Shown here: positions 12,798 through 26,600 of the stretch, piece by piece | Layout of the letters: each line of letters starts with the position of its first letter | How positions within the stretch are numbered: the first letter of the stretch is position 1 | Assembly: GCA_038087875.1 (NCBI GenBank) | Contig: CM075997.1 | Span: 1,986,001-2,050,000 of the forward strand | Length of the DNA: 64,000 nucleotides | Origin: Malacoraja senta | Lineage: Eukaryota | Direction: 5' to 3' | Program-made: the position numbers and the translations under genes | Notes under the pieces: model-generated | Seen by the model: only the letters and a program-made list of their open reading frames with translations | Database searches by the model: none | What the model was told of the DNA's origin: nothing

Positions 12798-13280
12798 GGG
12801 CGGTTACGGTGGCGCAGCGTTAGAATTGCTGCCTTAACGCGAATGCAGCGCTGGAGACCTGGGTTCGATCCCGACTACGGGTGCTGTCTATACGGAGTTT
12901 GTACCAAAGATCATAGAGCGGAGCAAGATAGTCCACTTGTCGAAAAGGCCGTAGTAGGTCATGGGTAATCCTCAGCGCCATTTCCGTAATCGGCTTCAGT
13001 CTCCGTTCCAATCTATGATCTTTGGACATGGTGTCCGCTCTATTATCTTTGGAGTAGACTATCTTGCTCAGCTCTATGATCTTTGGTTTACACCAAAGAT
13101 AGACACAATGCTCTATGATCTTTGGTTTGTACCGTGTTTCTCCCCGTGACATGCGTGGGTTTTTCTCCCAGATGTTCGGTTTCCTCCCACACTCCAAAGA
13201 CGTCACATAGTATTAATCGCTGGTCGGCACGGACCCGGTGGGCTGAAGGGCCTGTTTCCGTGCTGTATCTCTAAACTAAA
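12798..13280 (+). mobile_element. tRNA-derived SINE (HE1/V-SINE-like) interrupted by a MITE
   Basis: A-box GGTGGCGCAGCG, B-box GGTTCGATCCC, CR1-like 3' end with (CTAAA)n tail. Confidence 0.85.
12905..13124. mobile_element. hAT-type MITE cluster with 8-bp TSD
   Basis: TIR CAAAGATCATAGAGCGGAGCAAGATAGTC / GACTATCTTGCTCAGCTCTATGATCTTTG. GTTTGTAC at both 12897-12904 and 13125-13132. Confidence 0.75.
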
Positions 13281-13439
13281 TATCAAAGCCGCCACCAACG
13301 AAGGCAAACATACCATATGTCTTCTTTACCATTCTATCTACTGGTGTTCATGGCCAAATAACGAACTGAATGGTGGTATCTGATGCAATTTTTTTTAAAC
13401 AAAAGGTCATTTCAAAAGGTGAATTCAAAAAAACGTTTG

Positions 13440-13830
13440 TTGCAGCTGGCGATCAGTGGAACAAAGATGGCGAGCTGTCCACACGACGCGTTTTGAAGTA
13501 CCGTACGCCAGGTTGGGCGCCGCCATATTTGATACGGGCATCCGGCATTGTGACGGGTGTCACGTGAGGGGTAGCCGGAGAGGGGTTTCCGCGCGCGCGA
13601 GTCGCCGGAGTCCGGCCGTTGGAGTTTGGGTTTGAATTTGAACGGGAAGCCGTTGGCCGTGCGCGCCATGCCCAAGAACTGCGCGGTGAGGGAGTGCACG
13701 CGGCACGCGGGCCAGCTGGCGGCGGACAACAGGAGGATCAGCTTCTACAAGTGAGTGGGCCCGGGGCCTGGGCCTGGGCCTGGGCCTGGTCTCGGTCCCG
13801 ACCCCGACCGGACACCGGTCGGTGGGTGGG
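13440..13830 (+). promoter_or_regulatory. CpG-island promoter of the THAP gene
   Basis: CpG-dense. YY1-type AAGATGGCG (~13464) and CCGCCATATT (13520-13529), and GTCACGTGA E-box (13559-13567). Confidence 0.7.
13668..13750 (+). CDS. THAP8: THAP domain protein (THAP8/THAP5 family) exon 1
   Basis: GCCATG; MPKNCAVRECTRHAGQLAADNRRISFY(K); donor GTGAGT. Resembles THAP8 AGRLGADNRPVSFYKFP. The THAP8 versus THAP5 call is from recalled sequences. Confidence 0.88.
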
Positions 13831-14420
13831 TGGGTGGGGCTGGGTCTATGGGGCGGGGTTCTGGATGAGGGTGTGATCGGTGTATGGATATGAGGTGGTT
13901 GAGGGCGAGAGTGGGTGTGAGGACGTGGGTGGGGTGTGTGAGTGCGCGTGAGGGGGGGGGGGGGTGTGGGTTGGGTGTGAGTATGGACGAGGGTGAGGAT
14001 GTGTGAAGGAGTGGGTGAGGGTGGGTGTGAGTAAGATGTGGGTGAATGGGTGGGGGTGAGAGTGAGGGTGGGTGTGAGTAGATGTGGGTGAATGGGTGGG
14101 GGTGAGAGTGAGGGTGTGTGTGTGTGAGGAGGTCGGTGGGTGTGTGAGTGGATGTGGATGAGGGTGGGTGAAGGTGAGTGGATGTGGGTGTGAGAGTAGA
14201 TGTGGGTGAGGGGATGTGGGTGGGTGTGAGGAGGTGGATGGGGGTGTGTGAGAGTGGATGTGGATGAGGGTGGGTGAAGGTGAGTGGATGTGGGTGTGAG
14301 AGTGGATGTGGGTGAGGGGATGTGGGTGGGTGTGAGGAGGTGGATGGGGGTGTATGAGAGTGGAAGTGGGTGGGTGAGGGGGTGTGTGGGTGAGGTGTCG
14401 TGGGTGGGGGGTGGGTGTGG
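13830..14420 (+). repeat. G/T-rich tandem repeat in THAP intron 1
   Basis: GGGT/GTGA motifs with a ~106-bp unit duplicated at 14146 and 14252. Confidence 0.85.
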
Positions 14421-17400
14421 ACGTGAGCGGGTAGCTGCACGGGTGGGGACAGGGGCAGAGTACTCTCCCGCCAGACCTGCCCCATCAGGTCTGCAGCAGC
14501 CCATTCGTCCCCTCTAACAGAGGGCGGCCATCTGGCATCGTGGGGCTTTAGTGTCAAACTGGCCGGTTCCCTGGGCTATTGGATGTTGTTAATAATATCC
14601 AAACTCAGTGGTTCAATTGTCACATATATCTGAGCACAGTGAAATTATTTTTGCATCCAGTTCAGTGGCAATTCTACTGACCATCAGGTATAGCAAGAAT
14701 CATACTAAGTATAAGAATGCAAGACTGTACACAAGAGTTGCATGTTTTATGTGCCATCCTGTACCCTTTAAGTCTGAAGTATTAAATTGGCCATACAGTT
14801 CTGATATTTTCAGAGAACCTGGTTATTTTTGACAGAGAGAAATATAAAAGCATTGGTCACAAATGCACACGTGGTCCATTGGGAGGTTTTACAGGGATAT
14901 GTGGCAAATGGGACTAGTTTTGATGGGGCATCTTGTATGGCATGGATGACCTGTTTCTGTGCTGTGTGACTCTATTCCTGACCCTTGGAGCTCTAGCTGA
15001 GACCCTGGCTTCACACTCTGGACTCTGACCCCAGCTGTGCTCTGGACCTCAGGTCTGGTCACATGCTCAAATGGAGTCCTGCCTCGCATTCCCAAACTAA
15101 TTGTTCAACTTGTGTCGCACACTATTGTCATGGTTTATTTACACTATTTTCTTTTCACTGTTGTAAAATTAATGTATAACTTATGTTATTGTGTGTTTGT
15201 TTGAGTCTTTTTGCCTGTTATGCTACTGCAAGTGGGGTTTTCAATGTCCCTGTACCTCCCCTTGTGCATTTGGCAATAAACCCAACTTGACACAATGCTC
15301 GAGTAAATCAGCAGCCTCGACTGAGGTCTCAACCCGAAACATCACCCATTCCTTCTCTCCAGAGATGCTGTCTGTCCTGCTGAGTTACTCCAGCATTTTG
15401 TGTCTATCTGCAGTTTAAACCAGCATCTACAGTTCCTTCCTACACATTTTGACTGATAAGTGAGCCAGATGCCGGATCATCGGGATATCTGATCGGATGC
15501 TGGATAATTGGAGTTTTACTATATTTACTCCTTCACCAATATCATTCAACCACAATAACTCTGTGATCTTGTTGAGTATGCATTGGGTTGTTGCATTGTC
15601 TACGTTGGAAATGTGATTTTACTCTAGAGGGCTTATACTGGGCGAAGTGTTCTGGAAGTAGTAAATCTTTGATTCTTGCCTCAAACTCCTTTGGACAAGA
15701 AGAGACACATTACTGATGATTCACTGGTTAGAAAAAAATCATAGAAATGTATAGCACTGATGTGGGCCCTTTTGGGCCCACACTCTCTGTGCCAACTTTG
15801 ATGCCTGTCTACATGAATTCCATTTGCACATATCCCTCTGTGCCTTTCTAAGACTTATTCAAATGCCTTTTAAACATTGTAATAATATCTGCCTATACCA
15901 CCTTGCCAGCTTGTTTAAGATATTCACCATTCTCTATGAAAAACCTATTGGTTGGATCTCCATAGGTTTCTCTCGCCTTTAACCTGTATCCTCTGGTTCT
16001 TGACTTCCCTGCTCTATGCAAAAAGATTCTGACCATCTAAGTACCTCAGAGATTTTGTAAACCTCAGTAAAGTCATTCCAATGTTCCAGTGCGAATAAAT
16101 CCACTCTATCCAATCTCTCCATTTTACTGCAGTCTACAATCCCAGTCACAGGTGTAGGGGTTATGGTGGGAAGGCAGGAGAATTGTGATTAGGAGGGAGT
16201 GAGATAGATAGATAGATCAGCCATGATTGAATGGCAGAGTAGACTTGATGGGCTGAATGGCCTAATTCTGCTCCAATCACATATGAATTTATGAACTCAA
16301 CAGCCTGGTGAGTCTTTTCTGCGTCCCTCTATGGCAACCACATCCACCGTAGTACAGTGAGTGGAACTGTACACAGCACTCAGTATGGTCTAACCATTGG
16401 TACAATCACAACACACCATCGCAACTCATATTCATTGATAGGCAGAAACATGCTGGACTAACTCTGCGGGTTAGGCAGCATCTCCTGTGAAAAATGGATG
16501 GGTGACGGCAATTGTTGCTAGGGGCGGTGTGATCCCAAGAGGGATACGTCATTGTGAACTGTGGAACTGATTGCTGACTTAGTGGAGGAAGGTGGGAAGG
16601 GTTCTTCTCCCCCCCCCCCCCCCCCCCAAACAATCGGTCTAAAGAAGGATCCTGACCTAAAATGTCACTTATCCATCTTCACCAGAGATGCTGCCTGTCT
16701 CATTGAGTTATTCCAGCATTTTGTGTCTTTTTTTGTAAACTAGCATCTGCAGATCCTTTTATATTAGATTATAATATTCATTACTTCAACCAATGAAGCC
16801 AAGCATACCAAATGCCTTTTCACCACCCTATCCATTTTTGAGGAGCTATAGACGTACACCAAGGTATATCTATTACATCAACACTCTCAAGGTACCTGCC
16901 ATGCCCATGTTCTGCCAGAATTTGATCTCTCAGAGTGCATTACCTTACATTTGCCTTTTTAAATTCCATCTGCCACTGCTTCACCCACCTCTCCAGCTAA
17001 TCTATGTCCTGGCATATTCTTAGCCTGCCATCTTCGCTGCGGAAGGTTCCATTGTAATCATGTATTGTCTTTCCACTGACTGGTTAGCATGCAACAAAAG
17101 CTTTTCACTATACCTTGGTACACGTGACAATAAATTAAACTCAACTCCACTCTAGTCAGAAAAACACTTATCCATCATCGTCTGAAGAAGGGTCTCGACC
17201 CAAAACGTTGCCTATTTCCTTCACTCCATAGATGCTGCTTCACCCGCTGAGTTTCTCCAGCATTTTTGTCTACCTTTGATTTTCCAGCATCTGCAGGTCC
17301 TTCTTAAATATCCATCATCACTGCTTCTTTATCACCAAGCTAATTCTGGATCCAGTTTCTTAAGACCCCTTGGTGCGCCTTAATGTTCTGGAACAGCCTA

Positions 17401-17619
17401 CCATGTAGGACCTTGTCAGAAGCCTTACTAACGTCCAGATAAATGATATCCACCTACCTGCTCTCATCTATTTTGCAAATCACCTCCCCAGAAAATGTAA
17501 TCAGATTTGGGAGATATGGTCTTCTCTGCATAAAACCTTGCTGATTTCTCTCAATCCTGTCAAGAGTGTCTAGATTTTGAAGACAAGTCCACAATTGGAC
17601 TGTAGACTTTGTTCCAATG

Positions 17620-18220
17620 TAATTGGCATTCATCAGTCAGGGTATTGAGTATAGAAGTTGGAATGTTATGTTCCAGTTGTACAAGGTATTGGTTAGGCCA
17701 TATTTGGAGTATCGTGTTCAGTTTTGGTCACCGTGCAATTGGAAGGATGATGTTAGCTGGAAGATTTATGAGGATGTTGCCAGGACTTGAGGACCTGAAC
17801 TATAGTTAGATTGGGCAGGCTAGACTTTATTCCTTTGATCTTAGGTGTGATCTTAGAGAGATAATGATAAGATCATGAGGGGAATATAAAGGGTAAATGC
17901 ACAATCATTTACCCAGAGTTGGGGAATCATGAACCTGGGGACATTGCTTTAAGTGAGGGGAAATATTTTATAGGAATCTGAGTGGCAATTTTTTCATACA
18001 GAGGGTGATGGGTGCACTGCCAGAGGAGGGAGATGATGCAGATCCTAAAACAACATTTAAAAGACATTTGGATAGACACATGGGGAGAAGGCAGGAGAAT
18101 TGGGAAAGTTAGGGAAAGTTTAGAGGGCCAAATGCAGGCAGATGGGACTAATGTAGATGGGGGTATCTTGATTGGCATGGGCAAGTTGGGCAGAAGGCCC
18201 TGTTTCCGTACTGTATGACC
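17620..18220 (+). mobile_element. Old CR1 LINE 3' fragment
   Basis: Degenerate CR1 C-terminal coding sequence and CR1/HE1-type tail. Confidence 0.7.
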
Positions 18221-18705
18221 CTAATATGTTTGGGGGCGCAGTTGACAAGAACAGTGTTAGGTTCGGAATTCATTGAGATGAGGATGAAAGATGTGAAGTA
18301 CTATTCTGTTGGAGCTGCATTGCTCCTCAGATTTCATAAGAGCAGCATAGTTCTCTGTGGCATCCTGAACAATGTCACTAAAGCAGATTATATGGACACT
18401 TAATTAATTGGCTGTTTTTTGCTGCTGAGACGCCATTGCAGAGGTACATTAACTGTTGCCTTTTATGACAATGATTTGCATTTCAAACTTAATTATTTAT
18501 CCATAAAGCACTTTGGAAAGTTCAGGCTGTGTACATCTCCTTGATGAATAACTCATGTCATTTTTATTGATTACTAGACTAAGTGGGACCCGTTGGGTCC
18601 CGGCATCACAGGGGAGGGCTTGTCCCCCAACGCAATATTCCACCTCTCCACCAATTCCAATAATGGTGGCCAGTTGGGGGGGGGTGGCTTTCTGGAGCGC
18701 TAGTA

Positions 18706-19620
18706 ACATAGAAACATAGAAACATAGAAAGTAGGTGCGAGAGTAGACCACCAGGCCCATCGAGCCCGCACCGCCATTCGCTCATGGCTGAACACTAAAT
18801 AGACACCCTTACCCACAAACAGTAGACACAAGACACAGAACACAAGACACTACCCTCCCCTTTATATCGCTATCACCCCTCTCCACCCCAAGAACCGCGT
18901 GATCTCCTGGGGGAGGCAAAAAACCGGATAAAAACCCAGGTCCAATTCGGGAAAAAAATCCGGGAAATTCCTCTCCGACCCCAATCCAGGCGATCGACAC
19001 TTGTCCAGGAGATCACTCAGGTCTTACTATACTAACCATACCTAGGTCCATATCCCTGCCCTCTTCCCGTAGCCCCTTATCCCCTTGGCAGCTAAAAAAC
19101 CATCTATTTTAGACTTAAATATATTTAATGTTTCTGCTTCCACTGCTCCCTGGGACAGTGAATTCCATAAATTAACCACCCTCTGGGTGAAGAAGTTCTT
19201 CCTCATCTCAGTTTTAAAAGAGCCCCCTCTTATTCTACAACTATGTCCCCTAGTTCTAGTTTCCCCGATCATTGGGAACATCCTCGGTGCATCCACCCGA
19301 TCAAGGCCCCTCACGATCTTATATGTTTCAATGAGATCGCCTCTCATTCTTCTAAACTCCAAAGAGTAGAGTTCCAGCCTACTTAACCTTTCCTCATATG
19401 TCAATCCCCTCATTGCAGGAATTAATCTTGTAAACCTTCGCTGCACTGCCTCCAGGGCCAGTACATCCTTTCTTAAGTATGGACCCCAGAACTGTACACA
19501 GTATTCCAAATGTGGTCTCACTAATACTGTGTACAGCTGCAGCAAGACCTCCGTGTTTTTATACTCAATCCCCCTAGCAATAAAGGCCAAAACTCCATTG
19601 GCCTTCCTGATTGCTTGCTG
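18706..19620 (-). mobile_element. CR1 LINE 3' fragment nested in the Helitron
   Basis: ORF 19042-19590 [13 protein letters not shown]...RGDLIETYK; (TTTCTATG)n tail at 18706-18730. Confidence 0.9.
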
Positions 19621-20215
19621 GGTGGGTGTTGTGGGCTTAAGGGACTGGTTTCCAGAGGGCTAGTATGGACATTGTGGGCCCAATGGATTCTTGGGCTGGC
19701 GGCTCAGTCACTCAAGCCTGTTGTGCTGGCGGCTCACTCGCTCACGGCTGGTGGGCTGGCAGTTGACACGGCTATTCCTTGAAATTCCATTTCAAGCAGG
19801 GTGCAAGGCCACCAAATTCAAGTGCAGTTTCTTACCACTCCACCAGGGTGCAAGGCCACCAAATTCAAGTGAAGTTTCATACCATTTCAAGCAGGGTGCA
19901 AGGCCACTAAAGACAGCGAATCATCCTCCATCTTGCAGAGACTGAGCCACGTCCACACTTCTGGGTTTTATAGTCCCCCCCCCCCTCCCACCAGAAGGGG
20001 CGTGGCCTTCATGGCGTGATTGACAGGAGAGAGATTCTCAACATTTTTTAAACACTAATAACTTTTATTTTTCATCGATGGGAAAAATCCTCAGCACCTG
20101 ATGAGCGGAGGGGGACTCTAAGATGGCCAAAAATCACAGCCGTATGTGGTTTTTCTAAAATCAATATAAAGTGCAAACAGGAAGTGGTCAAGATTAGACT
20201 TTTAATTATATAGAA

Positions 20216-20516
20216 GGCAAGGCAACTTTAATCTGGCAAGGCAACTTTAATCTGGCAAGGCAACTTTAATTAGGCAACACAGCTTTAGCATTTCCAAACC
20301 AAAGGCAACACAGCTTTAGCATTTCCAAACCAAAGGCAACACAGCTTTAGCATTTCCAAACCAAAGGCAACACAGCTTTAGCATTTCCAAACCAAAGGCA
20401 ACACAGCTTTAGCATTTCCAAACCAAAGGCAACACAGCTTTAGCATTTCCAAACCAAAGGCAACACAGCTTTAGCATTTCCAAACCAAAGGCAACACAGC
20501 TTTAGCATTTCCAAAC
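20216..20516 (+). repeat. Minisatellites inside the Helitron: 19-bp x3 then 31-bp x~8
   Basis: GGCAAGGCAACTTTAATCT x3; AGGCAACACAGCTTTAGCATTTCCAAACCAA in tandem from 20272. Confidence 0.95.
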
Positions 20517-21830
20517 TATATTTTCAAACCACCTTAAGGGCACTGACAGGTCAGTAAAACCACTCACAGTTTAGTAGACGTGTTCAGTGTTATTCACAGC
20601 TCAGACTGAGAGACGTGACCCTCTCGCTTCCCCCATCTTGCGGAGACTGACTGAGGCACTCAACACTTCCGGGTTTTATAGAACCTCTGAAGGGGCGCGG
20701 CCTTCAGGAGGTTCTATAACACTAATAACTCTTTTATTTTTTAATCGATGGGAAAAATCCTCTTGTCCTGCGCAGCGGAGGGGGACTTGTGAGTAAGATG
20801 GCCAAAAATCACAGCCGTAAGTGGCAGCGTTTTTTCTAAAATCAATATACAGAACAACAGGAAGTGGTCAAGATCAGACTTTTAGTAATATAGATAGATA
20901 TTGTGTAGTTCTTCATTTCCCTATCTGGGAAAGTCTGCACTAGATATATTAGCGTGATTGTAGGGAATAGATGTTGCACCATTGGTTTTTACTGAACTTG
21001 TGAATGAATCCATGTAAGCCTCAGTTGCACACATTTGTTATATGGTATAGTTTGCAGTTTATTTCCCAATATTTTAATCATTAAATCCTGCATAGGTTCC
21101 TTATTTGATGGATAACTGCTGTGAAGCACTGAAAAGATAATTTTTGAACTTGCCTTAAATTATGAGTAGCAGACTATTTCAATACGAGAGTACAATTACA
21201 CATGCAATACTTTTCCCTACATTCTATTCGTAAGTTCCATAAGACATAAGAGCAGAATTAGACCATTTCGGCCCATTGAGTCTGCTCTGCCATTCGATCA
21301 TGGCTGATCTATTTTTTCCCTCTTAACCCCATTCTCCTGCCTTCTCTGTCTAAATAATTATGCAATTTTCTCATTTTATTTATTCAATTTAATTTATTAA
21401 TCATTGATATGAGCCTCTCTTTCCCATGATAAAGCAGTAGTTAATCTGACAACCATCTCAAATATGAAATTTTATTCAATTCTTCTTGCTGATTTTGTGA
21501 AGATTTTAAATTGCTGGGTCCTTTTGTATTGAATCTCCACTCAAAAGAAATGGTCAAATCACTTTATTTAACACATCACAATTTTAAAAATGGTAGCTTC
21601 CATTCCTCCACAAGGGGAGTACAATACTCCACGGATGAATCATGGAGAAATCCTTAATTTATTAATGAAAACAACAGTGTACTTGAGACGTCTTGAGAGT
21701 GAGTGCAGTAGAATTAATGAAAATGTTACAAAAGACAAATGCTCTGAATAAGCTATTACCTACAGTATCAGAAAGAGCCCAATGTCTTTTTTTTGAGTCT
21801 CACGGAAGCAACTTTTTTGTTTTGATTGAG

Positions 21831-22023
21831 GTTTCCATCGAATGACAAAGAAAGACTCGCGCAATGGCTTTCAAATATGAAAAGGGAGAAATGGGTTCCA
21901 TCCCAGTACCAGTACATCTGCAGTGAACATTTTACTCCTGAAAGCTTTGAATGGAGGTGGGGGACACGATACTTGAAGGCAGGTGCCAAACCTACAATTT
22001 TTTCTTTTCCGGAGCAGCCTACG
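21831..22023 (+). CDS. THAP8: THAP gene exon 2 (rest of the C2CH THAP zinc finger)
   Basis: FPSNDKERLAQWL...ICSEHFTPESFEWRWGTRYLKAGAKPTIF (P, W, CSxHF, AVPTIF-like box). Phase matches exon 1; donor GTACGT. Confidence 0.92.
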
Positions 22024-23669
22024 GTACGTTTAGTCTCAATAGGTTTGGATTATTCTGCCATATTTACATGCCCCAAAAGTGGATTACTACTGGAACTAGA
22101 TCTGACATTGCTTCAAATGTAATGAGTGGTGCAACCGACCCCTAGTGTATCAAAAAAGAGAGACGATCTAAAATAGTGAAGATGTAACAGTTTAAGGCTG
22201 AGGTGAATAAGACAGAGAATGTGAATTAACGTCCAATTATTAATTGAGATTTGAATTATTTTATTTATTAAGGTTGGACATAAAAGTAACTTCTGCCAGT
22301 AAGAGATTAAAAACCCAACTTTATCCATTGGAAAGGAAAATTGCTGTTGTTGTTATGTCTGGATGGTCGTACACCACTGATGTTGAATCTTAACTGCTTC
22401 CTAACGTTCCTCTGGTCAGTGAATTGACAATAGATCATGGCATTTCCGTTGATCTCCATGTGCAGAGAGAGTGAGGTGTATTTTACAAAAAATCAGGCCG
22501 ACCACTAAATGAAAGCTGCAGTCTAAAAGGTGCTCAAGAATTTGTAACAGACTTGGATAAATGTTATATCAAATATCATATTTTTACATATAAAGGATTT
22601 GTTAGAGAATCAGTTAGAGAATATAAGATAATGAAAAGGGCACTAAATGCTGGAGTAATTCAAGGCAACATCTCTGTACAACATGGATCGGTGATGTTTT
22701 GGGTTGGGATCCTTCTGCAGTCCTGACCCGAAACATCTCCTAACCATGTTCTCCAGAGATGCAGCCTGACCTGCTGAGTTACTCCAGCACTTTGTGTGTT
22801 TTTGTGTAAACTAGCATGTACAGTTCTTTGTTGTGACGTTTTGATAATCAAATGGATTCAAACTAGAATTGAAGAAGCATTCAAAGCCAGGTTAAGCTAC
22901 CTCAACCCACACATGCGACCGCTGTCACGTATGATATTCATATTTCTTCAAATACAATTTTGTGGCCTGCGAGATTATTTAAAGCATGACTTTATAAATT
23001 GTTTTTACTCTGGAATGCACAAATTCTGAAGAAAGCCATCAGGTTGAGGCTCTGAAGAAGAGAACTTAAAGGCTATGTGGACAGGTACATGGATAGGAAA
23101 GGTTTGGAGAGATGTGGGCCAAACATGGGCAGATGGGATTAGTATTGATGGGGCATCTTGGTCGACAAGGACGAGTTGGGCCGAGGGGCCTGTTTCCTTA
23201 ATGTATGGATCTTAAGAGATGGAACAGTGAATCACTGACATATTTTATGCATATTGTGATGCCTTCAAGAGTTGAGATTAGCCAAGCTCATTACTGGTCG
23301 CATCCTTGCAACTAAAAAAAAAAGAGATTTCAACGGTGAAAACTGGTTCAAATTGAGGCGAATAATCACTTGCATTAGAGCTTAGCTATTCTGGAAGTTA
23401 TTTTATGGTCTGATGCAGATTTGTCTTAATTGCATGCTCACTTGCACATACCATTTCAATTTACACTATCAACAACAAAGATATTCTTTTCTTCTAAGGT
23501 GAGAGACACAAAGTCTTTTCATTTCTTATACATTCATGACAATGTGAATGGATTACTTCTGTTGCACAGTCTTTTTTAAATAGACAGGTTACCAACCTGA
23601 TTCACAACTCTTCCAGAAAAAATGGCTAGCTAAAATTTTGGAGATGACTTGTTCCATTCTGTATTACGT

Positions 23670-26600
23670 ATAGATACATAGATACATAGAAAATAGGTGC
23701 AGGAGTAGGCCATTCGGCCCTTCGAGCCTGCACTGCCATTCAATATGATCATGGCTGATCATCCAACTCAGTATCCCGTACCTGCCTTCTCTCCATACCC
23801 CCTGATCCCCTTAGCCACAAGGGCCACATCTAACTCCCTCTTAAATATAGCCAATGAACTGGCCTCAACTACACTCTGTGGCAGAGAGTTCCAGAGATTC
23901 ACCACTCTCTGTGTGAAAAAGTTTTTCCTCATCTTGGTCTTAAAGGATTTCCCCCTTATCCTTAAGCTGTGACCCCTTGTCCTGGACTTCCCCAACATCG
24001 GGAACAATCTTCCTGCATCTAGCCTGTCTAACCCCATAAGAATTTTGTACGTTTCTATAAGATCCCCTCTCAATCTCCTAAATTCTAGCGAGTATAAGCC
24101 AAGTCTATCCAGTCTTTCTTCATATGAAAGTCCTGACATCCCAGGAATCAGTCTGGTGAACCTTCTCTGCACTCCCTCTATGGCTATAATGTCCTTCCTC
24201 AGATTAGGAGACCAAAACTGTACGCAATACTCCAGGTGTGGTCTCACCAAGACCCTGTACAACTGCAGCAGAACCTCCCTGCTCCTATACTCAAATCCTT
24301 TTGCCATGAAAGCTAACATACCATTCGCTTTCTTCACTGCCTGCTGCACCTGCATGCCTACTTTCAATGACTGGTGTACCATGACACCCAGGTCTCGCTG
24401 CATCTCCCCATTTCCTAATCGGCCACCATTTAGATAATAGTCTGCTTTCCTGTTTTTGCCACCAAAGTGGATAACCTCACATTTATCCACATTATACTGC
24501 ATCTGCCAAACATTTGCCCACTCACCCAGCCTATCCAAGTCACCTTGCAGTCTCCTAGCATCCTACTCACAGCTAACACTGCCCCCCAGCTTAGTGTCAT
24601 CCACAAACTTGGAGATGTTGCCTTCAATTCCCTCATCCAGATCATTAATATAAATTGTAAATAGCTGGGGTCCCAGCGCTGAGCCTTGCGGTACCCCACA
24701 AGTCACTGCCTGCCATTGTGAAAAGGACCCGTTTACTCCTACTCTTTGCTTCCTGTTTGCCAGCCAGTTCTCTATCCACATCAATACTGAACCCCCAATA
24801 CCGTGTGCTTTAAGTTTGTATACTAATCTCTTATGTGGTACCTTGTCGAAAGCCTTCTGAAAGTCCAGATACAACACATCCACTGGTTCTCCACTATCCA
24901 CTCTACTAGTTACATCCTCGAAAAATTCTATAAGATTCGTCCGACATGATTTACCTTTCGTAAATCCATGCTGACTTTGTCCAATGATTTCACCACTTTC
25001 CAAATGTGCTGCTATCCCATCTTTAATAAGTGACTCTAGCAGTTTCCCCACTACCGATGTTAGACTAACTGGTCTGTAATTCCCCGTTTTTTCTCTCCCT
25101 CCCTTCTTAAAAAGTGGGGTTACGTTTGCTACCCTCCAATCCTCAGGAACTACTCCAGAATCTAAAGAGTTTTGAAAAATTATCACTAATGCATCCACTA
25201 TTTCTGGAGCTACTTCCTTAAGTACTCTGGGATGCAGCCTATCTGGCCCTGGTGATTTATCCATTCAATTTACCCAACACCACTTCCCGACTAACCTGGA
25301 TTTCACTCAGTTCCTCCATCTCCTTTGACCCGCGGCCCCCTGCTATTTCCGGCAGATTATTTATGTCTTCCTTAGTGAAGACGGAACCAAAGTAGTTGTT
25401 CAATTGGTCCGCCATATCCTTGTTCCCCATGATCAATTCACCCGTTTCTGACTGCAAGGGACCTACATTTGTTTTAACTAATCTCTTTCTCTTCACATAT
25501 CTATAAAAACTTTTGCAGTCCGTTTTTATGTTCCCTGCCAGTTTCCTTTCATAATCCATTTTCCCTTTCCTAATTAAGCCCTTTGTGCTACTCTGCTGGT
25601 CTCTGAATTTCTCCCAGTCCTCTGGTATGCTGCTTTTTCTGGCTAATTTGTACGCATCATCTTTTGCTTTGATACTATCCCTGATTTCCCTTGTTATCCA
25701 CGGATGCACTACCTTCCCTGATTTATTCTTTTGCCAAACTGGGATGAACAATTTTTGTAGTTCATCCATGCAGTCTTTAAATGCCTTCCATTGCATATCC
25801 ACCGTCAACCCTTTTAGAACTAATTGCCAGTCAATCTTGGCCAATTCACGTCTCATACCCTCAAAGTTATCTTTCTTTAAGTTCAGAACCGTTGTTTCTG
25901 AATTAACAATGTCACTCTCCATCCTAATGAAGAACTCAACCATATTATGGTCACTCTTGCCCAAGGGGGCACGCACAACAAGACTGCTAACTAACCCTTC
26001 CTCATTACTCAATACCCAGTCTAGAATAGCCTGCTCTCTCGTTGGTTCCTCTACATGTTGGTTTAGATAACTATCCCGCATACATTCCAAGAAATCCTCT
26101 TCCTCAGCACCCCTGCCAATTTGATTCACCCAATCTATATGTAGATTGAAGTCACCCATTATAACTGTTTTGCCTTTGTTGCACACATTTCTAATTTCCT
26201 GTTTGATGCCATCCCCAACTTCACTACTACTGCTAGGTGGCCTGTACACAACACCCACCAGCGTTTTCTGCCCCATAGTGTTTCGCAGCTCTACCCATAC
26301 CGATCCCACATCCTCCAAGCTAATGTCCTTCCTTTCCACTGCGTTAATCTCCTCCCTAACCAGCAACGCTACCCCACCTCCTTTTCCTTTCTCTCTATCC
26401 CTCCTGAATATTGAATATCCCTGGATGTTCAGCTCCCAGCCTTGGTCACCCTGGAGCCATGTCTCCGTGATCCCAACTATATCATAATCATTAATTGCTA
26501 TCTGCACGTTCAACTCATCCACCTTATTACGAATGCTCCTTGCATTGAGACACAAAGCCTTCAGGCTTGATTTTACAACGCTCTTACCCCTTATACAATT

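Larger units (their letters stand above)
18574..20898 (-). mobile_element. Composite non-autonomous Helitron
   Basis: Minus strand starts A|TCTA(TCTA)TATTACTAAAAG and ends GGGACCC-AAC-GGGTCCC hairpin + ACTTAGT + CTAG|T, with no TSD. A second 5'-terminal module ends at ~20214. Confidence 0.8.

Noticed and set aside
13560..14557. Long His/Pro/Thr-rich ORFs on the minus strand
   Set aside because: Translation of the G/T-rich tandem repeat.
20272..20516. 31-bp repeat array as a CRISPR
   Set aside because: Units are head-to-tail with no spacers, there are no cas genes, and the context is eukaryotic. It is a minisatellite.
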